Below are positions 58,701-64,000 of a DNA stretch of 64,000 nt, one piece after another. Location: positions 5,523 to 69,522 of the forward strand of contig CAJQQK010000104.1 in assembly GCA_905480435.1 (NCBI GenBank), in the 5' to 3' direction. The notes under the pieces are model-generated. The model made no database searches. It worked only from the letters and a program-made list of their open reading frames with translations, and was not told the origin of the DNA. The DNA comes from an uncultured Hyphomicrobiaceae bacterium (GTDB lineage: Bacteria; Pseudomonadota; Alphaproteobacteria; Rhizobiales; Hyphomicrobiaceae). How positions within the stretch are numbered: the first letter of the stretch is position 1; every line of letters begins with the position of its first letter. A program made the position numbers and the translations under genes.

Positions 58701-59228
58701 GCCGAAGCCGTTGCTCGCTCTTATCACAAGCTGCTTGCCTACAAAGACGAGTATGAGGTTGCCCGGCTCTACACGGATGGCGCCTTCGCGGAAGCTTTGA
58801 AGACGAATTTCGACGGCGTCCGCCGCATCGAATACCACTTGGCGCCTCCGCTGCTCGCGCGGTTCTGGAAAGACAAAACGACAGGTCATCCTCGCAAGAT
58901 CAAGCTTGGTGGCTGGATGACGCCGGTGTTCCGTTTCCTCGCCAAACGCAAAAACCTGCGCGGCACCGCATGGGACGTCTTTGGGCGCTCTTCTGAACGC
59001 CGTCGCGAGCGCGAAATGATCACTGAGTTCGAGCAACTCCTCGATCGGATCGGGCCCAAACTGTCTGACGCAACGCACGCCACAGCGACAGTCCTTGCCG
59101 GCCTGCCGATGGACGTTCGTGGCTTTGGCCATGTCAAACTTGAAAACGACCGGAAGGTGCAGTTACGCAAGGTTGAGTTGCTGCGCGAACTCGATTCACC
59201 GTCACCGGTTTCGATGGCTGCCGAGTAG
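55722..59228 (+). CDS. Indolepyruvate ferredoxin oxidoreductase family protein (fused alpha/beta, 1168 aa)
   Basis: TPP-binding GDGTYIHSG, ferredoxin-type cluster CEGCGDCGVKSNC, and the large fused architecture. Confidence 0.9.
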   Translation: MVKHVVSLEDKFNLSETHQILTGTQAIVRLLLMQKQRDRAAGLNTAGYATGYRGSPIATLEAALHGVEKTLTKNNIKFQPGLNEDLSATAVWGTQQTELYGEGKFDGVFGLWYGKGPGVDRSGDVFRHANHAGTSPNGGVLALMGDDHTCESSTTAHQSEFAFVDAMMPIFNPAGVQEILDFGIMAYALSRYASVWVGLKCVKDNIESTATVDGNPDRVSITLPSDDEFTMPEGGLSIRGEEHASIREARLFDYKMDAVRAFVRNNDVNRIVTSGGPTAKIGIVSTGKSYLDVREALDTLGLDEVGCNEQGIRILKIGMPWPLDPQIVKRFAKDLDMIIVVEEKRALIEAQIKELLFNTDLRPVVIGKKNEHGNTLFQEKGALEATQIGIEIGERLLSCDRGNETVSDAVTELKRLTGNTPVTPEAFTRVPYFCAGCPHSSSTKVPEGSRAYAGIGCHYMAKWMDRETFGFTHMGAEGANWIGEASFTTRDHVFQNLGDGTYIHSGSLAIRAAVAAGVNITYKLLYNDAVAMTGGQALDGGLTVGMMAQQVMGEGVKRVDIVTDEPDKYGTDSGIPAKIQIYHRRDLMEVQKGLAATPGVTVMIYDQTCASEKRRRRKRGLFPDPDRRAFINTAVCEGCGDCGVKSNCVAVTPEETALGRKRKIDQSACNKDFSCVEGFCPSFVTVHGAKPKKMASPQPQGDKHAGVAEMLTSLPEPKQPALDKAYAMLVTGVGGTGVVTISAVLGQAAYIEGIGFGAIDMTGLAQKGGAVSCHLKFAKTSDDINAIRIGVGGANLVLGGDLVVTASNSVLKSVQPDETAIIVNTHEMITGEFTKNPDLQVPGSALIEAINDRARKADVHTFDAHAYAVRLFGDSIMSNMFLLGFAFQKGLIPVSAEAIEEAVKLNGAAIEMNQRAFRFGRLAAHDRDALDRIAKPAPKLVDQNATETLEDIIERRAALLVDYQDAKLAERYRQKVAWAQALEKEHTPSRKGFAEAVARSYHKLLAYKDEYEVARLYTDGAFAEALKTNFDGVRRIEYHLAPPLLARFWKDKTTGHPRKIKLGGWMTPVFRFLAKRKNLRGTAWDVFGRSSERRREREMITEFEQLLDRIGPKLSDATHATATVLAGLPMDVRGFGHVKLENDRKVQLRKVELLRELDSPSPVSMAAE

Positions 59229-59266
59229 CGACCATGCAGCCAGAGCATAGTTAAGACTTTAAGACG

Positions 59267-59307
59267 CGAGGTTTGCCGCGCCCAGACGCTGGGCGTGACA
59301 AACCTCG
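59267..59307 (+). terminator. Compound hairpin downstream of the oxidoreductase gene (possible terminator, no T-tract)
   Basis: CGAGGTTTG/CAAACCTCG outer stem enclosing a CGCCCAG/CTGGGCG inner stem. Confidence 0.35.
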
Positions 59308-59516
59308 GATCACACAGATTGATCTAAGGCCACGCTTTCGACAAACGTCGCAAAAGCGCTATTCCATGTCGCTAATATCAATGCACCTGGAATCAATCCG
59401 GGATAACGGTTGCATCGATCGACGTGGATTGCTCCTAAATTTAAGCCGGACGACGCGCCGATACTCTTGATCATTATGAACTGACAATCGTCAACTCAAC
59501 TCGATGAGGTGCGGGC

Positions 59517-60902
59517 ATGCAAGGTGTCCTGCGGCCGGTAACGGCGCTCCTGCTCGCGACTGCCATTGCTATGGCTGGTCACGGCATTCTGGTCATGCTG
59601 CTGCCGTTGAAGGCCAGTGCTGCAAATTTCTCGAGCTTCGAGATCGGCTTGATGGGCTCTGGCTATTTCGCCGGTCTCGTCGCTGGCTGCCTGATTGCAC
59701 CGGCGATTATCGGTCGCGTCGGGCATATCCGGGCGTTTTCCGCATTCACTGCCTGTGCGACCGCCGTGCCGCTGCTGCATGCCCTTGCGATCGATCCTAT
59801 TGCCTGGATGTTGCTTCGAATCCTGCAAGGGCTATGCCTCGCCGGTCTCTGGTTGGTCATCGAAAGTTGGCTCAGCGCGTCTGCTGATGCCTCCACGCGC
59901 GGACGCGTGCTTGGCGCTTACACACTTGTCCAACTCGCCATGCAAACCGCCGGCATGCAACTCGCAGGCACCGTCCAGCTGGATGGGCAGCAACTGTTTT
60001 CCATCGCCGCGATCTTGCTGTCACTTTCTACACTGCCAATTGCACTTACGGGCGCCATCGCTCCCATGCCACCGAAGCGCAACAAACTACGCCTCGCTTG
60101 GCTGCTCAAAATATCGCCGGTCGCCACGCTTGCAAGCCTTCTGGTGGGCTTTGCAATTGGATCGTTCTGGATTCTGGCACCGCTATTTGCGCAGAACGCC
60201 GGCCTCTCCTCGGCTGCAAGTGCGACTTTTGTTTCGTCTGCATTGCTGGCCGGCGCCGTCGCTCAATGGCCGCTTGGCAGTCTGTCAGACGTCTTCGGGC
60301 GTCGCATCATTATCACGGGCGCCAGCGCTGTTGCGATGATCTCAAGTCTCATTCTTGGGCTCGGTGGCACTGCCAATCTGTGGTTGATATTTGCCTGCTC
60401 CATCATCTTTGGTGCCGCAAGCTTGCCAATTTATACAATTGCCCTCGCCCACGCCAACGATCTTGTCCCCTCGAAACGGGCGATCACCGTTTCCAGTGGC
60501 ATGCTCTTTATGTTCTCAATCGGCGCTGCAGTCGGCCCTCTGGTTGCCTCTGTGATCGTGGAGAGAGCGGGCTTCAATGCCCTCTTCTTGACGATTGCGA
60601 TCGCGTGCGGTCTCATCGTGCTTGTGACGATGGTTCGCATCCAAATTCGGCCACGCATTCCCACCCGCCACCGCGAAGATTTCGTCATGGTGCCTCGAAC
60701 CACACCAGAGATTTTCAACCTCGACCCACGGACAGACGATCCGATCGCAACATCAATGCCGCTGCAGTCTTTCACCGAGCCGTATCAGCCAGCCGTGCCT
60801 GACGTTATTGCGCCGGACGGTATTCTGCCTGAGACGGCCCGATACGATACTGAGGCGGAGCGAGACGAGGGCAGGGAACGGTTACCCGCAGCGGTCAGCT
60901 GA
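59517..60902 (+). CDS. MFS transporter with hydrophilic C-terminal tail
   Basis: 461 aa, about 12 hydrophobic segments followed by an acidic/proline-rich tail of about 70 aa. Confidence 0.8.
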   Translation: MQGVLRPVTALLLATAIAMAGHGILVMLLPLKASAANFSSFEIGLMGSGYFAGLVAGCLIAPAIIGRVGHIRAFSAFTACATAVPLLHALAIDPIAWMLLRILQGLCLAGLWLVIESWLSASADASTRGRVLGAYTLVQLAMQTAGMQLAGTVQLDGQQLFSIAAILLSLSTLPIALTGAIAPMPPKRNKLRLAWLLKISPVATLASLLVGFAIGSFWILAPLFAQNAGLSSAASATFVSSALLAGAVAQWPLGSLSDVFGRRIIITGASAVAMISSLILGLGGTANLWLIFACSIIFGAASLPIYTIALAHANDLVPSKRAITVSSGMLFMFSIGAAVGPLVASVIVERAGFNALFLTIAIACGLIVLVTMVRIQIRPRIPTRHREDFVMVPRTTPEIFNLDPRTDDPIATSMPLQSFTEPYQPAVPDVIAPDGILPETARYDTEAERDEGRERLPAAVS

Positions 60903-60987
60903 TCAGAGGGTGATCCTCTCGTATGGACACGTTCTGGTTAAAAGCATGCACCGAGCCGGCAGGTTGATGTGGACTGGTCGATGTGGC

Positions 60988-61080
60988 TACAGCATGTCGC
61001 GTCTTAACGGATTCACAATGCACCCCCAAACGCCCAATCTTCGGGCGTTTTACGGCTCCTATTAAACGCGACGTGCTTTA
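60988..61080. repeat. Self-complementary intergenic repeat element, copy 2 (inverted relative to copy 1)
   Basis: Its reverse complement aligns without gaps to 32566..32658. It has the same terminal inverted repeats and the same central CCCAA/TTGGG-type stem. Confidence 0.85.
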
Positions 61081-61107
61081 AGTCTGAAAGACTCGAATGC
61101 AGCGGCC

Positions 61108-62394
61108 TTACTGCTGCGGCTGAAAAGCTCTTGGCGCAAAGCCGAAAGCTTTAACGGCACGCGGCTGCGGTGCAGCTGAACGGCGGCGCCCGAGCAAACT
61201 ATCAAACACCTCGATAAACTCTTTAGCGCCTTTGTTTTTCATGCCAGCCTGCATGCGTTTTTCAAGTGCTGCCAACAATCCGCGGGAATTCTTACCGCGC
61301 ACAACCGTATTGCGATAGTAGGCGCGCCTTGAAAAGAAATTGGTGGTTGGCTTGTCGATGCCGGTTCGGCGCATCATTTCGAGACCTGTCGCAGGGCCGG
61401 CCAAATTCATCAGTTCGATCTCCGCGCCTGATAACTTTGCACGGCCTTTACGGGCCGCCATCCGTTTCAAGTCCGCTAACTTAACGACCTGCATCCATGG
61501 CCCGATGACGCCATCCATGTTCATCACGTGCAGTGCCCGGCCGCGGCTCGTCCGCGCAAACGCTTGATGACGAGACCATTTATAGGGAACGGAACGCGCG
61601 GTCTGCACCATGCCGCGCAATACATCTAACTTGGTGCCAAGCTGCCGGCGTCTCTTCGGGTCTCGTTCGCGCTGAACCATCACAGTGAGGCGCTTCACCA
61701 AGCCAGGGCCGTGCTTTGATAGGACATTGATCGAGTTTGCTGCCAGAAGTTGCGCATAACCAAGCGCGCTTGAGATTGGACGTCCCTTGCGCGTTATTGG
61801 ATTTATTCCAGCCTGCATATCGGCCGTACCGCGCCCACCCGTCTCCAGCGCGTAAACACGCACGACTTGCTCTTTCGTTAACCCGAGTGAGAGCGCCTCG
61901 CGTGCGTAACGTCGTTTGAACTCAATCTCCGGAATGCGCTCAGGCGCAAAATTGAAATGGCGTCGCGCGCTTGCCATATAGACATCCAGCCCAGGCAGTC
62001 CTTTGCGCTTCTTTGGCCGCGTGGTTGGCCGATCCGCATCACGGAATTTGCGCCACTGCCTGACCAGTGTTTTTGAGATACCTGGGCCGTCATAAACCGG
62101 CGGCAAATTGGCGACGTAATCACGATCGGTAAATTCGCGCCGCTTGCGCCGTTTCGCGCGGCGGATGCGTCTCTTCTTTGCGACGTTGGCCCAATAGGCA
62201 TCCATGGCGGCTCCATGGAAAATTTGCGCGCGATACCATGCTTCAAAACTGGACCGTTCAGTGCTCGAAAGCGACCGGGCAAAGGCATCGGCCGGTCGGC
62301 CTGCCGCCGTGGCCAAAGTGACGGAGGAGACGAGGAACACGACCGATAGGATGAGCGACTGAACACGCCGTAAGCGCCCCTTCCAATCGAACAT
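61108..62394 (-). CDS. Secreted, highly basic protein with a possible lytic-transglycosylase-like core
   Basis: Signal-anchor LILSVVFLVSSVTLATAAG, Arg/Lys runs (KKRRIRRAKRRKRREF), and ALETGG...ALGYAQLL, which resembles the E-[ST]...G-[LY]-x-Q SLT pattern. ATG 62394 after GGGGGA. Confidence 0.4.
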   Translation of the reverse strand: MFDWKGRLRRVQSLILSVVFLVSSVTLATAAGRPADAFARSLSSTERSSFEAWYRAQIFHGAAMDAYWANVAKKRRIRRAKRRKRREFTDRDYVANLPPVYDGPGISKTLVRQWRKFRDADRPTTRPKKRKGLPGLDVYMASARRHFNFAPERIPEIEFKRRYAREALSLGLTKEQVVRVYALETGGRGTADMQAGINPITRKGRPISSALGYAQLLAANSINVLSKHGPGLVKRLTVMVQRERDPKRRRQLGTKLDVLRGMVQTARSVPYKWSRHQAFARTSRGRALHVMNMDGVIGPWMQVVKLADLKRMAARKGRAKLSGAEIELMNLAGPATGLEMMRRTGIDKPTTNFFSRRAYYRNTVVRGKNSRGLLAALEKRMQAGMKNKGAKEFIEVFDSLLGRRRSAAPQPRAVKAFGFAPRAFQPQQ

Positions 62395-62675
62395 AAATAT
62401 TCCCCCTGGTTTGCCACAATCACGTCCGGACAACTCATTTGGTGCCGTCACCAAATCATCGAGCATCCATGAGATTGCTGCGAATCCGACAATTGTTTGT
62501 TCGCACGCCTCGATGCCCAAATAAAGGCTGCAACGCAGGAAAGATAACCTGATTTGTCTCAGCGAATGCAAAACGACTGGACCGATGGGATAGCGAGGCG
62601 ATCGCGAACAGGGTAAGTTCACGCTTACCACTCACCCGCGCCAACCTTCGCGGTTGACCCAATGTCTGGAACAAT

Positions 62676-63332
62676 ATGCTGATCACGTCGGAAACCCTGC
62701 GCCAGCGAGCTGCCGAGACCCTTCATCGGCAACCATCCGAACATATCTTTGATCCTCGACGTCCGGCTGGCAGTGCACGCAGCGATTTCGACCTCGATAG
62801 TGATCCTGGCTATATGAACGGCATTTCTCTTGATACCCCGGTTCGCCAAGCCGCCGTTCTCTTTGCGATCGTCGACAGAAAGGTGCCAACCGTGCTGTTG
62901 ACGCAGCGTTCGAACGATCTTCCTAGTCATCCTGGGCAGATTTCATTTGCAGGAGGCAAAGTCGAGCCTCACGATAAAGATCCACTCGCAACGGCGCTGC
63001 GCGAGACAGAGGAAGAAATTGGGCTGGCTGCGGACTATATTGAACCGCTCGGATACCTTGACAATTACCGCACCGGCACAAACTTCAACGTCGTACCAGT
63101 GGTTGCGCTCGTATCCCCGGGGTTCGAACTGACGATCGACAAGCGCGAAGTGGAAAGTGCTTTCGAAGTGCCCCTCGACTTTCTAATGAATGCCGATAAC
63201 CATGAGTTGCATCAGCGCGAATGGAAGGGCCGGACAAGGACATATTATGCCATGCCGTACGACGACTATTTCATCTGGGGTGCCACCGCTGGCATGATCC
63301 GCAATCTGCATGAGAGGCTGCTCGCGCCATGA
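62676..63332 (+). CDS. NUDIX hydrolase, CoA pyrophosphatase-like
   Basis: Nudix box GGKVEPHDKDPLATALRETEEEIGL and the preceding LLTQRS...HPGQISFAGG motif typical of the CoA pyrophosphatase subgroup. Confidence 0.85.
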   Translation: MLITSETLRQRAAETLHRQPSEHIFDPRRPAGSARSDFDLDSDPGYMNGISLDTPVRQAAVLFAIVDRKVPTVLLTQRSNDLPSHPGQISFAGGKVEPHDKDPLATALRETEEEIGLAADYIEPLGYLDNYRTGTNFNVVPVVALVSPGFELTIDKREVESAFEVPLDFLMNADNHELHQREWKGRTRTYYAMPYDDYFIWGATAGMIRNLHERLLAP

Positions 63333-63604
63333 TCCGGCTCGTTATCGAAAACATCATCCTGTTCCTCTTACCGACTCTGGCGTATGTCATTTTCGTCATG
63401 CTCAGACGGTCGCAGGAACGTGACAACACGGTTGCCCGCACGCTCGACAGTGCGCCGCTGCCGTTGCTGTTCAGCGTTGGCTTCATTTTAATGATCGCTG
63501 TACTTGGCTATTTCGGCAGCCAATCATTTGGTGGCAAACCCGGGCAAACCTATCTTCCGCCCGAAATCGTCGATGGCAAGCTCAAGCCGGGGCGGTTCGA
63601 ATAG
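63329..63604 (+). CDS. Small membrane protein (two hydrophobic segments)
   Basis: 91 aa. ATGA overlap with the NUDIX gene. MIRLVIENIILFLLPTLAYVIFV... Confidence 0.55.
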   Translation: MIRLVIENIILFLLPTLAYVIFVMLRRSQERDNTVARTLDSAPLPLLFSVGFILMIAVLGYFGSQSFGGKPGQTYLPPEIVDGKLKPGRFE

Positions 63605-63646
63605 CCGGCTCATTGCAGATCTAGCATCAACCGCCTAAATGATGCC

Positions 63647-64000
63647 ATGGACCATTCACTGCCCATAGCAGCCAGAATAACAGATGCCGACTGGATACGT
63701 TCGCCGGCAACACAGCAGGTTTTTGCTCTGCTGAACCAGCAAGGCTTCGTTGGTCGCGCCGTTGGTGGCTGCGTGCGCAACAGCCTGCTTGCGCAATTAC
63801 ACAGCCGTGGCGCAGACAGCATTGCAGCCATCACTGATATCGACTTTGCTACCACCGCCACGCCAACCGAAACGATTGACCTTGCGGCTGCTGCCGGCCT
63901 TCGCACCGTTCCAACGGGCCTTCAGCACGGAACTGTTACCGTGATTGCAGCTGGAGAGGCTTTTGAGGTCACCACGCTCAGGCGTGACGTTGCGACCGAC
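63647..64000 (+). CDS. cca: CCA-adding tRNA nucleotidyltransferase / poly(A) polymerase family, 5' part, truncated by the window end
   Basis: My translation from ATG 63647: MDHSLPIAARI...GRAVGGCVRNSLL...DIDFATTATP...PTGLQHGTVTV...EVTTLRRDVATD, the classic head-domain motifs. Absent from the ORF track because there is no stop in the window. Confidence 0.85.
   Translation, partial: MDHSLPIAARITDADWIRSPATQQVFALLNQQGFVGRAVGGCVRNSLLAQLHSRGADSIAAITDIDFATTATPTETIDLAAAAGLRTVPTGLQHGTVTVIAAGEAFEVTTLRRDVATD

Noticed and set aside
59267-59307. A second family of dispersed repeats, represented by the compound hairpin after the IOR-family gene.
   Set aside because: I found only one copy in the window. 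It is more simply a transcript-end hairpin, so it is listed as a low-confidence terminator.
32566-61080. Composite transposon or genomic island delimited by the inverted repeat copies.
   Set aside because: There is no transposase, integrase, tRNA attachment site or direct target duplication. The repeats are only about 93 nt and resemble REP/MITE-type structured elements. The enclosed genes include housekeeping-like functions (CinA, IOR-family).
63112-63130. tRNA-like T-loop word GGTTCGAAC.
   Set aside because: It lies inside the well-supported NUDIX hydrolase coding frame, and no acceptor or anticodon stems can be drawn around it. No tRNA genes were found in any intergenic gap.

Overview
This is a 64-kb GC-rich chromosomal segment. 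Protein families and repeat style suggest an alphaproteobacterium of Rhizobiales/Rhodobacterales type, but that is inference only. I call about 56 protein genes. By eye I found no rRNA, tRNA, CRISPR array, transposase, integrase or phage genes. Blocks from left to right: (1) a frameshifted luciferase-like oxidoreductase gene. (2) The aerobic benzoyl-CoA epoxide pathway core boxC-boxB-boxA followed by a BzdR/BoxR-type regulator, divergent from a five-gene Liv-type ABC importer. (3) A long minus-strand run of co-directional genes that joins the nickel-pincer (NPN) cofactor genes larC-larE-larB and a LarA-family racemase homolog to an MFS transporter, an acyl-CoA synthetase, a VOC protein, a TauD-family dioxygenase and an MBL-fold hydrolase. 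An amidase is transcribed divergently and a TRAP transporter lies next to it. (4) A quaternary-amine/betaine locus. It holds ProXWV; a translationally coupled triad of M19 dipeptidase-like, unknown 568-aa and DUF3726-like proteins; a plant-SABATH-like methyltransferase; an ACAD / acyl-CoA synthetase / luciferase-like monooxygenase / DUF3228-like / YghU-GST operon; a Rieske GbcA-like oxygenase; and a dimethylglycine-dehydrogenase-like FAD/GcvT fusion. (5) CinA, a second LLM oxidoreductase, and a minus-strand operon of beta-hydroxyacid dehydrogenase, amidohydrolase_2, bicupin and TauD. (6) Housekeeping-like genes: a fused indolepyruvate-ferredoxin-oxidoreductase family protein, an MFS transporter, a secreted basic SLT-like protein, a CoA pyrophosphatase and the 5' part of the CCA-adding enzyme gene. 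The non-coding features of most interest are two inverted copies of a roughly 93-nt self-complementary repeat bracketing 28.5 kb, a 464-bp gene-free structured intergenic region, several perfect palindromes in divergent promoter regions, and a few hairpin terminators. The most promising candidates for undescribed biology are the extended lar-containing gene array, the coupled triad of unknowns in the betaine locus, and the bacterial SABATH-like methyltransferase with its neighbouring CoA-dependent operon. All functional calls come from reading the translated ORFs and recognising motifs. No database search was run.
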